In this document: positions 29,769-37,676 of the stretch, piece after piece
Layout: each line of letters opens with the position of its first letter
Numbering within the stretch: the stretch's first letter is position 1
NCBI GenBank assembly: GCA_032117075.1
Contig: JAUMAA010000008.1
Coordinates: forward strand, 1 to 54,888
DNA length: 54,888 nucleotides
Source of the DNA: Patescibacteria group bacterium
Lineage (GTDB): Bacteria; Patescibacteriota; WWE3; UBA101185; UBA10185
Direction: 5' to 3'
Program-made: the position numbers and the translations under genes
Notes under the pieces: model-generated
Seen by the model: only the letters and a program-made list of their open reading frames with translations
The model's database searches: none
What the model was told of the DNA's origin: nothing

Positions 29769-29852
29769 TATCAAAAATAGAGTTTTTAGTATCAAAAATA
29801 GAGTTTTTAGTATCAAAAATAGAGTTTTTAGTATCAAAAATAGAGTTTTTAA
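29769..29852. repeat. Tandem direct repeat, 4 x 21 bp (TATCAAAAATAGAGTTTTTAG)
   Basis: Copies at 29769-29789, 29790-29810, 29811-29831 and 29832-29852. The only mismatch is the final base of copy 4. There are no spacers. Confidence 0.95.
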
Positions 29853-29854
29853 AT

Positions 29855-30127
29855 TTAAATTGAAAGTGATTCTTTGAACAATCTTTGAATATCTGCTAAA
29901 TTTTTTGCAAGTTCATCAATTTTTCTTTCAATTTCCCTGTTGGATTTTCTAATAAAATTAACATCAAATTCATCTGATATTTTTTCTAAAACTGATAAAG
30001 CTGGATTAATCTTTCCTTTTTCGTATGCACAAACAGTTTTACCACTAACACCAATTTTCTTTCCAAATCTATCTTGAGACATATTTAACTTTAATCTTAG
30101 ATTTTTAATCTGATTTCCTATCTCCAT
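29855..30127 (-). CDS. XRE-family helix-turn-helix transcriptional regulator
   Basis: 90 aa. IKNLRLKLNMSQDRFGKKIGVSGKTVCAYEKGKINP is a classic Cro/C1 HTH. Helical C-terminal tail. Confidence 0.85.
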   Translation of the reverse strand: MEIGNQIKNLRLKLNMSQDRFGKKIGVSGKTVCAYEKGKINPALSVLEKISDEFDVNFIRKSNREIERKIDELAKNLADIQRLFKESLSI

Positions 30128-30136
30128 TTGAGGTAG

Positions 30137-30164
30137 AGAATATCATAATAATTTTTCATTTCAA
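30137..30164 (-). promoter_or_regulatory. Candidate promoter of the XRE gene (near-leaderless)
   Basis: On the minus strand: TTGAAA (30164-30159), 16-nt spacer, TGaTATTCT (30145-30137), then 9 nt to the ATG at 30127. No SD. Confidence 0.4.
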
Positions 30165-30213
30165 TAATTAAAATTCTACTTAGTAAAAAGTTATCAAAGA
30201 AAGGAGGTGAAAA

Positions 30214-30798
30214 ATGAAGAATGCTAAAAACAAACTTAAGAGATTACTATCATTCATTCTGGCTGGAATTTTTATTAGCGGTGTGGCCTATGCTGCAGTT
30301 AGTAGCAAGATTTTTATGAAAGGAGCATTATTTACGACTGCGACTATGGAAATAAAATTCTTAAAAGATATAACTGGTGGAAATATCTCTGAAAACTTAG
30401 TAACTGAATTAACTGGAGTTAGTTTTGATAATATTTATAATTATTGGAGCACAGACTATTTAGTTAAATTGGTTAATATCTCATCTAATAATGTAAACAT
30501 CAGTTCTTATGCTAACTACACTACCGCTGAGGATCCTGCTAGTTTAAGATATTCTCTTTTTGTAGAGATAATTAAATGGAATGATAAAAACTCTAATGGC
30601 ATTGTTGATGAAGGCGAGTTAGGTGATTCCCTAGGTAAGAAGAATTTTGTTAAGTGGAAAACAGAAGGATTTAATTTAGGTGTACTTGAACCAGGTGTTG
30701 TAAGCTCATACATTCTAAGGTTTTCTGCAGAGAATTTAACAGAAACCAAAGTTGGTCAGTCAGGTAAATTTGATTTTGAATTTGGAATTATGCAATAA
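30214..30798 (+). CDS. Secreted TasA/camelysin-like (SipW-type signal peptide) protein, putative
   Basis: Basic N-terminus plus hydrophobic core LLSFILAGIFISGVAYAAV. ALFTTATMEIKF resembles the family's TFTAGTLDL strand, and GQSGKFDFEFGIMQ resembles the family's C-terminal strand. Strong SD AAGGAGGTG. Assigned from memory of the family only. Confidence 0.5.
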   Translation: MKNAKNKLKRLLSFILAGIFISGVAYAAVSSKIFMKGALFTTATMEIKFLKDITGGNISENLVTELTGVSFDNIYNYWSTDYLVKLVNISSNNVNISSYANYTTAEDPASLRYSLFVEIIKWNDKNSNGIVDEGELGDSLGKKNFVKWKTEGFNLGVLEPGVVSSYILRFSAENLTETKVGQSGKFDFEFGIMQ

Positions 30799-30817
30799 TC
30801 AAGAGTTCCTGCCCAAA

Positions 30818-30826
30818 TGTTAAAAT
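30818..30826 (+). promoter_or_regulatory. Candidate extended -10 promoter (TGtTAAAAT) for prfB
   Basis: Overlaps the first ATG (30825) of the ORF. In-frame ATGs at 30831 and 30837 would fit a leaderless transcript. Confidence 0.4.
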
Positions 30827-31838
30827 GGTAATGAATATGAACGAAAGACAAGAAAAATTAAATGCTTTAAAAGCAAATATTAGTTACGAATTTAAAAGTG
30901 CTAGATTAAAAGACTTACAAAAATTAGTAGAGGGTGAGGAGATTTGGTCAGATTGGGAGTATAGTCAGAGAATTAATAAAGAGTTTGAAGATCTAAAAAA
31001 AGAGCTTGAAGAAATTGATAATCTTGAGCTATTTTTGGTATGTGAAGATTTGAACTCATTTGATATCTTGATAAAAGATGTTGAACTTAAAACTTTTTTA
31101 GGTAATGAGTACGATAAGTTAGGTTGTATTTTAACCATACACTCTGGTCAAGGTGGTACAGAGGCTATGGATTTTGTTACCATGCTCTTAAGAATGTACT
31201 CGATGTATTTAGATAGTAAAAAATATAAGTATTCAATAATAAACGAAAGTTTTGGGGATGAGGTTGGGTATAAAGAGGTTTCATTAGAAATAAATGCTAA
31301 CTATGCTTTTGGGTTTTTTAAGAACGAGGCAGGTGTTCATAGACTAGTTAGAAATAGCCCTTTTAATTCAGATAATCTTAGGCAAACCTCATTTGCTCTG
31401 GTTGAGGTAATTCCTAAGTTAGATAACACCATTACTATAGAAATAAAAGATTCAGAGATTGAAGAAGAGTTCCATAGATCCGGTGGAAGTGGGGGTCAGA
31501 ATGTTAACAAAGTTTCTACTGCTGTAAGACTTAAACATATTCCTACTGGTATTGTTGTAGAGAATCAAACAGAACGATATCAAGGAAAAAATAGAGAAAA
31601 AGCAATGGATGTATTAAGAGCAAAACTTTATGCACTAGAAGTTGAGAAACATGAAAAAGCTAGAAAAGAGATTAAGGGTGAATATAAAATACCCGGTTGG
31701 GGAAATCAAATTAGAAATTATGTTCTCAATCCGTACAAACTAGTAAAGGATTTAAGGACAGGTGTTGAGAGATTTGATGCAGAAACTGTATTGAATGGGG
31801 ACTTAGATGAATTTATTCAAAAAGAAATCCAGATTTAA
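30825..31838 (+). CDS. prfB: Peptide chain release factor 2
   Basis: GGQ loop SGGSGGQNVNKV and RF2-specific SPF in RNSPFNS. Single uninterrupted ORF. The start may be 30831 or 30837. Confidence 0.93.
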   Translation: MVMNMNERQEKLNALKANISYEFKSARLKDLQKLVEGEEIWSDWEYSQRINKEFEDLKKELEEIDNLELFLVCEDLNSFDILIKDVELKTFLGNEYDKLGCILTIHSGQGGTEAMDFVTMLLRMYSMYLDSKKYKYSIINESFGDEVGYKEVSLEINANYAFGFFKNEAGVHRLVRNSPFNSDNLRQTSFALVEVIPKLDNTITIEIKDSEIEEEFHRSGGSGGQNVNKVSTAVRLKHIPTGIVVENQTERYQGKNREKAMDVLRAKLYALEVEKHEKARKEIKGEYKIPGWGNQIRNYVLNPYKLVKDLRTGVERFDAETVLNGDLDEFIQKEIQI

Positions 31839-32033
31839 ATATCTGATTAAAAAAAGTAATCCAAAACTTCCAATTATGTAAATAATTGTCAATTTCAAAT
31901 CTTTATATACCAAAGAATCAATATTTTTATTTTTTATTTTTTCTGAATTTTTTTTAATATCGATATCTAAACCTTTTGCTTTGATATAGTTTTTTAATAT
32001 TTGATTTTGTGCCTCTAAGTTTCTTTTTTTCAT
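31803..32033 (-). CDS. Small hypothetical protein with C-terminal TM helix (uncertain)
   Basis: 76 aa with a Lys-rich N-terminal half and TM LTIIYIIGSFGLLFLI. Overlaps the 3' end of prfB by 36 nt. No SD. It fills an otherwise unexplained 240-nt gap. Confidence 0.35.
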   Translation of the reverse strand: MKKRNLEAQNQILKNYIKAKGLDIDIKKNSEKIKNKNIDSLVYKDLKLTIIYIIGSFGLLFLIRYLNLDFFLNKFI

Positions 32034-32078
32034 ATGTTCGTAGTAAATTTAGTTAATTATATTATAATATTTTAAATT

Positions 32079-33179
32079 ATGAACAAAAAATATATTCTAA
32101 TTTTATTTTTATCTATTTTACTACCTGTATCTGGATTTTACTTGTTTTTAAATTCAAATAAAAGTAATGATAATAATCAAAAAGAAGTAAAAAATATCTC
32201 TATTACTAATGATTCGACTTTGGAAAAGAAATTTTTTATCAATGAGTTGACAGGAGAAAAACTTTATTCTGACTCCGAACCTGAATTTCTTAAAAATAGG
32301 CCCCTAGCAGTGATAGTAAATAACGCTCTGCCTGCTAGACCTCAAGTAGGGTTAGTAGAAGCTGATTTGATTTATGAAATGATTGCTGAAGGAGGCATTA
32401 CAAGGTACTTAGCTTTTTATTATTCTAATTTACCTGAAAAAGTAGGCCCTATAAGATCCTCCAGAGAGTATTACCTCCAAGTTGTTAAAGAAACGGGAGA
32501 TGCCATGTTAATGCATATTGGTTTTTCTCCCCAAGCCAGAGAGAAAATTGATACCTGGGATATTAGAAGTTTGGGTTTAGGAAATGCCCCTTTTTATAGG
32601 GACAATTTTGGAAATACTTCTATTGCTACGGAACATACTGCTTTTGCTATTGGAAAGAACTTATATGAAAAAGGTTTATCTTTAGGATGGGGAGGCAAGA
32701 CACCAATTTCATCTTGGAAATTTAAAGATGATAAGGTTAAAACATCTGATTTAAAAAAAGCAAACTATATTGAAATTAACTTTTGGTATAAAGGTGATTA
32801 TTCTGGAATTTTTAAATATGTTCCTGAATCAAATAAATATATTAGATATTCTGGTTTTGATGAAGAAGATAACCCTATTCCACTTGTAGATAGAATTACA
32901 AAACAAAATGTTTTAACAACTAATGTAGTTATCTTATTTGCGGATGAATTCCCTATTCCAAATGACGATAAAAATAGATTAGACTATAAGTTAATTGGTG
33001 AAGGAAAAGGTCTAGTTTTTAGAGATGGTACTGTTCAGGAAATTGTTTGGAGAAAAGATAAACTTGAAAGCAGAACGAAATTCTATCTTGTAAACAATGA
33101 AGAAGTAGAGTTTAATAGAGGCAAAACATGGGTCAGTGTTGTACCCTCTAGAAATGTTGACCAGGTTATAATAAATTAA
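32079..33179 (+). CDS. DUF3048 (YerB-like) membrane-anchored protein
   Basis: N-terminal anchor. RPLAVIVNNALPARPQVGLVEADLIYEMIAEGGITRYLAFY matches the DUF3048 core as I remember it. Confidence 0.65.
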   Translation: MNKKYILILFLSILLPVSGFYLFLNSNKSNDNNQKEVKNISITNDSTLEKKFFINELTGEKLYSDSEPEFLKNRPLAVIVNNALPARPQVGLVEADLIYEMIAEGGITRYLAFYYSNLPEKVGPIRSSREYYLQVVKETGDAMLMHIGFSPQAREKIDTWDIRSLGLGNAPFYRDNFGNTSIATEHTAFAIGKNLYEKGLSLGWGGKTPISSWKFKDDKVKTSDLKKANYIEINFWYKGDYSGIFKYVPESNKYIRYSGFDEEDNPIPLVDRITKQNVLTTNVVILFADEFPIPNDDKNRLDYKLIGEGKGLVFRDGTVQEIVWRKDKLESRTKFYLVNNEEVEFNRGKTWVSVVPSRNVDQVIIN

Positions 33180-33180
33180 T

Positions 33181-33759
33181 ATGTTAAAAGAATTATTAAT
33201 ATCAGAAGTAAGAGTTAATTTGTTGAAATTTCTTGTAAAGAATTTTGAAAACGAATTCCATGTAAGAGCACTAGTCAGGGAATTAGGTGTTGAAATTAAT
33301 GCAGTAAGAAGAGAATTAGAAAAATTGACTAATTTAAATATTCTCATCAAAAATCCTTGGGGAAATAAAATTTTTTATAAAGTTAATTCATTGAATCCTT
33401 ATTTTTATGACTTAGTTAATTTTGTTTATAGGGAAGAAGGTTTATCAAATAGAATATTTAAGAATTTAGACTCTTTAGGAAATATAAAATTTGTAGCTTT
33501 ATCAAAAGAATTTTGTATGGGAAGAAAATCATCAGGCATCGATCTTGATTTATTGGTTATTGGTGAGCCACATCAAACAGCCTTAGACAATTTGATTTCA
33601 AACTATGAAAAAGAAGATAGAGAAGTAAACTATTCTGTTTTATCTGAAGACGAATTTTTATCTAGAAAAAGAAAAGCAGATTCTTTTGTGTTAAGATTCA
33701 TTATTCAACCAAAAATTTTGATTCATGGTGATGAGTTAGATTTTTCGAGAATTAATTAG
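33181..33759 (+). CDS. Winged-helix DNA-binding protein with C-terminal minimal nucleotidyltransferase-like region
   Basis: N-terminal wHTH pattern (VRVNLLKFL..HVRALVRELGVEINAVRRELEKL). C-terminal GRKSSGIDLDLLVIG fits the G[SR]-x(n)-DxD motif. Confidence 0.45.
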   Translation: MLKELLISEVRVNLLKFLVKNFENEFHVRALVRELGVEINAVRRELEKLTNLNILIKNPWGNKIFYKVNSLNPYFYDLVNFVYREEGLSNRIFKNLDSLGNIKFVALSKEFCMGRKSSGIDLDLLVIGEPHQTALDNLISNYEKEDREVNYSVLSEDEFLSRKRKADSFVLRFIIQPKILIHGDELDFSRIN

Positions 33760-33760
33760 T

Positions 33761-35134
33761 ATGTTTAAAAAGGACAGTAACAAACTTATTTTAATTACAA
33801 TTTTTTCCACTTTAGCACTTTTAATCGCTTTACCTAGAGTTGACATTAAATATGATAATTCATATTTTAAAATTGATTCCTATATAGGTGGTTACATTTT
33901 TAATATCCCCTTTATAAATAAGGTTGTAGATTTTTCAGAATTAAAAAAAGGTTTAGATATTAAAGGCGGTGTGAGATTAGTGGTCAAATTAGACACTTCA
34001 GGATTAAAAGATTCTGAGAGAGACCTTGCAGTAATCTCGGTTAAAGATATTGTTACAAGAAGAGTAAACTACTTTGGTGTTTCCGAGACAAACATTATTA
34101 GCTCAAGAGTTGGTAATGAGGATAGGTTGATAATTGAAATTCCTGGTCAAGATGACTTAGATAAAGCTGCGAAAACTATAGGATCTACAGCCCAGTTAAA
34201 ATTTAAATACTTAGATAAAAGTGTTAAATGGCCAATCACCGATTTGAAAGAAATTGAAGGAAAAGATATTTTTATCGAAAGCGGTGTAACTGGTAAGGAT
34301 TTAGTTTCAGCAGATGTTTCCTTTGATCAAAAGACAAATAATCCCGTTATTCAGTTAAAATTTACCTCGGATGGAAGAGAAAAATTTTCAAAATTACTTA
34401 AGGAAAACATTGAAAGACCAATTGGTATTTTTCTTGATGATGAGGTCTTGCAAACACCTGTGGTTTCTAAAGAGTTAGCCGATGCGGTTGTATTTGATCC
34501 AACAATTACAGGGGTATCCTTAGAAGAAGCAAAATCAATTTCTTCATTACTTAGAGCAGGTGCCTTGCCTGTTCCTATTGAAATAATTTCTCAAAACCTA
34601 ATTGGACCTACCTTAGGAGCTGATTCTGTTCAAACAAGTATGATTGCTGGATTTATTGGATTATTTGTTATTTCAATATTTTTATTAGTAACTTATAAAA
34701 ATTTAGGATTTATTGCAAACATATCTCTATTAATGTATGTCTCAATTACTTTAGCAGTGTTTAAATTATCTTATTTTCTATTTCCTTCTCCAATAGTATT
34801 AACATTGCCTGGAATTGCTGGGTTTGTTTTTTCTATCGGAGTAGCTTGCGATGCTTGTATTTTAATTTTTGAAAGAATTAGAGAGGAAGTAAGGTGGGGC
34901 AGGCCTACACAAATTGCAATCATTAATGGTTACGAAAGAGCCTGGACAAGTATTAAAGATTCAAACCTTACTACATTACTAACAGCTTTTATCTTAATGC
35001 AGTTTGGAACAGGGTTTATTAAAGGTTTCGCATTGACATTAAGTATTGGTATATTTATTTCGATTCTAACTTGTGTTTATTTTTCAAGAATTATGGTTAA
35101 TGTATTCATTAAAGATTTGAAAGTTGATAAATAA
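33761..35134 (+). CDS. secD: Protein translocase subunit SecD
   Basis: 457 aa. Periplasmic domain plus 6-TM C-terminus, LRAGALPVP. Confidence 0.92.
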   Translation: MFKKDSNKLILITIFSTLALLIALPRVDIKYDNSYFKIDSYIGGYIFNIPFINKVVDFSELKKGLDIKGGVRLVVKLDTSGLKDSERDLAVISVKDIVTRRVNYFGVSETNIISSRVGNEDRLIIEIPGQDDLDKAAKTIGSTAQLKFKYLDKSVKWPITDLKEIEGKDIFIESGVTGKDLVSADVSFDQKTNNPVIQLKFTSDGREKFSKLLKENIERPIGIFLDDEVLQTPVVSKELADAVVFDPTITGVSLEEAKSISSLLRAGALPVPIEIISQNLIGPTLGADSVQTSMIAGFIGLFVISIFLLVTYKNLGFIANISLLMYVSITLAVFKLSYFLFPSPIVLTLPGIAGFVFSIGVACDACILIFERIREEVRWGRPTQIAIINGYERAWTSIKDSNLTTLLTAFILMQFGTGFIKGFALTLSIGIFISILTCVYFSRIMVNVFIKDLKVDK

Positions 35135-35137
35135 AAA

Positions 35138-36037
35138 ATGAACATCATGAAGTATTCAAGGTATTTAATAATGACCTCAGTTTCTATTATATTAATTGGT
35201 CTTTATCTAATTTTTAACTATGGCTTTAAATTATCAATTGAGTATACAGGGGGAAGTGTAATTGATATTTCAAAGAAGGATATAAAAGCCCAGGATGAAA
35301 GAAATAACCTCCAAAATTTTTTGAATGAATTAACTGTAAGTTATATATCGATTGAAGAGGGGTCAGAGTATATTACAATTAAACTTCAAGAAACTGATTC
35401 TAATAAAATTTTAGATTTAAAACAAAAAATTGTTGAAAAATTTCCTTACTTAAACATTGTAAATATTGAGACAATTGGATCGACTTTTGGTAATGAGTTT
35501 TTTAAAAATTCAATTTTAGCTATCGTACTATCCTTATTGGGTATTTTAGCAATTGTTACTTATAGCTTCTGGGGTTTATCTGACAAATTTTATTCCTATC
35601 ACTTTGGAATTGGGGCTATCATTGCAATGCTTCATGATGTTTTAATAGTAGTAGCTACTTTTAGTATGCTTGGTCACTTTTATGGAGTTGAGATAGACGG
35701 TTTATTTTTGACTGCAATGTTAACTGTGATTGGTTTTTCAATAAATGACACTATAGTAGTTTATGACAGAATAAGAGAAAATTTAAATAAATATGCAAAT
35801 GAAATGTCAATTGAAGAGATTGCAAATCATTCAATTTTTGAAACATTAAATAGATCACTTATTACATCTTTTGTTGTTGTATTTATAATGTTTTCTTTAT
35901 TTTTACTCGGAGGTGAATCAATTAGGTTTTTCTCTTTAGCACTAGTAGTTGGTATTACTGCCGGAACCTACTCATCAATTTTCATTGCCACTCCCCTAGT
36001 TTTATTTCTTAATAAAAAATTTGCTAAAGTAAATTAA
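35138..36037 (+). CDS. secF: Protein translocase subunit SecF
   Basis: 299 aa, 6 TM. INDTIVVYDRIREN. Confidence 0.92.
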   Translation: MNIMKYSRYLIMTSVSIILIGLYLIFNYGFKLSIEYTGGSVIDISKKDIKAQDERNNLQNFLNELTVSYISIEEGSEYITIKLQETDSNKILDLKQKIVEKFPYLNIVNIETIGSTFGNEFFKNSILAIVLSLLGILAIVTYSFWGLSDKFYSYHFGIGAIIAMLHDVLIVVATFSMLGHFYGVEIDGLFLTAMLTVIGFSINDTIVVYDRIRENLNKYANEMSIEEIANHSIFETLNRSLITSFVVVFIMFSLFLLGGESIRFFSLALVVGITAGTYSSIFIATPLVLFLNKKFAKVN

Positions 36038-36038
36038 G

Positions 36039-37661
36039 ATGTTTGACTGGGATATTAGGTCAGCCTCTGAAGATTTAGATTCACTTAAAAACAATATTTT
36101 AAATAGCAAAAGAATTGAAGATTACAATGAATTTGTCAATCCAAAAGAACCCTCAAAGTATGTTAATGACTTTTCCTCTGAATTTATTGAAAATGTAAAA
36201 AAATCCAGAGATTTGATTTTAGATTCAATTAAAAATAAACTCCCAATAGTTATACATGGAGACTACGATGCTGATGGTGTAATTTCAACATATATAATCT
36301 ATTCCACAATTAAAGATTTTTTAAAATACTCAAATGTTTATTATGTTATTCCTGACAGGTTTGAAGATGGTTATGGTCTATCAGATAAAACTGTTAAGAA
36401 AATTTTGGATTTAGTAAACTTCCAAAATTTTCTATTAATTACTGTTGATTGCGGAATAACTTCTGTTTCTCAGGTTGATTATTTAAAATCTCTTGGAAAT
36501 AAAGTTATTATAACGGATCATCACCACCAAGGTGATATTGTCCCTAATTCAGATTCTCTAATATGGTCAGATCAAGTCGTGGGTTCGACATTAAGTTGGA
36601 TACTTTCTTTGGCTTTAGGAAATAAAGATTCTCGACTTATTAGTCTTATTGCGACTGCTACTATTACCGATGTTTTTCCTCTAAAAGGGTTTAATAGGTC
36701 AATTGTAAAAAATGGTATCGAAATTCTGAAAAAAAATCCTTTTTATCCTTTTAAAAAACTTCTCGAATTTCAAAACATAGATCTCTCTGATTTAGATGTT
36801 TATCATTTAGGATTTGTAATTGGTCCTAGATTAAACTCTTCTGGAAGAATTGCTGATGCTGATTTATCAGTCTCCCTTCTTAATTCTAAAGATGAGTCTC
36901 GCCTTGAAAAGATTTTAACTGAGATTAATTTAATTAATCAAAGAAGACAAAAATATACTGAAGAAAGTATTGCTAGATTTTCTTTTGATAAAAATAAACT
37001 TCCAAGAGTTATTGTTTTAAAAGATGAAGAATTCCATGAAGGTATAGTTGGTTTAATTGCATCCAGAATTGTACAAACCTACCACCGACCTGCCTTGGTT
37101 ATAACTAAGAATGAGGATTTTTTGAAAGGCAGTGCGAGGTCAATAAAAGGAATTAACATTATAGAGATTATAAAAAAATATCAACATCTTCTTAAAGGTT
37201 GCGGAGGACATGAGTTAGCTGCTGGTTTTTCCATGGAATTGGAAAAATTCGAAGAATTCAAGTGTGTCTTGGAAAAATATTTCGAAGAGAATTTTGAGGA
37301 TAAAAATTTTGTTAAGAAAATAAAGATTGATTCTGAAATTCTAGATAGTTCGCAATTAAATTTTGAATTAATTGATTTTGTGCAAAGTTTGTCCCCATTT
37401 GGTCCTGAAAACGAAGAGCCGATTTTTTTAATAAGAGGATTTAATATAGTTGAGATTAAAAAAATCGGTAAAGATAAAAATCATCTTTCCTTAAAAGTTA
37501 GTAAAAATGGATATCAATTTAAAGCCCTTTATTTTAACTTTCCATCAGATTCATTTAATAATTACTTAGGTCAAAAAATTGATTTAGTTTTTAAAGTGAA
37601 AAAAAACTTTTTTAATAATTTAACTTCTATCGACCTGCATATTCTAGATATGAAGGAATGA
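36039..37661 (+). CDS. recJ: Single-stranded-DNA-specific exonuclease RecJ
   Basis: DHH motifs HGDYDADGV, TVDCGI, ITDHHH. DHHA1 GGHELAAG. Confidence 0.92.
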   Translation: MFDWDIRSASEDLDSLKNNILNSKRIEDYNEFVNPKEPSKYVNDFSSEFIENVKKSRDLILDSIKNKLPIVIHGDYDADGVISTYIIYSTIKDFLKYSNVYYVIPDRFEDGYGLSDKTVKKILDLVNFQNFLLITVDCGITSVSQVDYLKSLGNKVIITDHHHQGDIVPNSDSLIWSDQVVGSTLSWILSLALGNKDSRLISLIATATITDVFPLKGFNRSIVKNGIEILKKNPFYPFKKLLEFQNIDLSDLDVYHLGFVIGPRLNSSGRIADADLSVSLLNSKDESRLEKILTEINLINQRRQKYTEESIARFSFDKNKLPRVIVLKDEEFHEGIVGLIASRIVQTYHRPALVITKNEDFLKGSARSIKGINIIEIIKKYQHLLKGCGGHELAAGFSMELEKFEEFKCVLEKYFEENFEDKNFVKKIKIDSEILDSSQLNFELIDFVQSLSPFGPENEEPIFLIRGFNIVEIKKIGKDKNHLSLKVSKNGYQFKALYFNFPSDSFNNYLGQKIDLVFKVKKNFFNNLTSIDLHILDMKE

Positions 37662-37676
37662 GTATAAAATAGAATT

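Noticed and set aside
29769-29852. The 21-bp repeat array as a CRISPR array or as a heptad-repeat coding sequence
   Set aside because: The repeats are contiguous with no spacers and no cas genes, so this is not a CRISPR array. Two plus frames are open through the array (IKNRVFS or SKIEFLV repeats), but no ATG, GTG or TTG start lies upstream before a stop codon.
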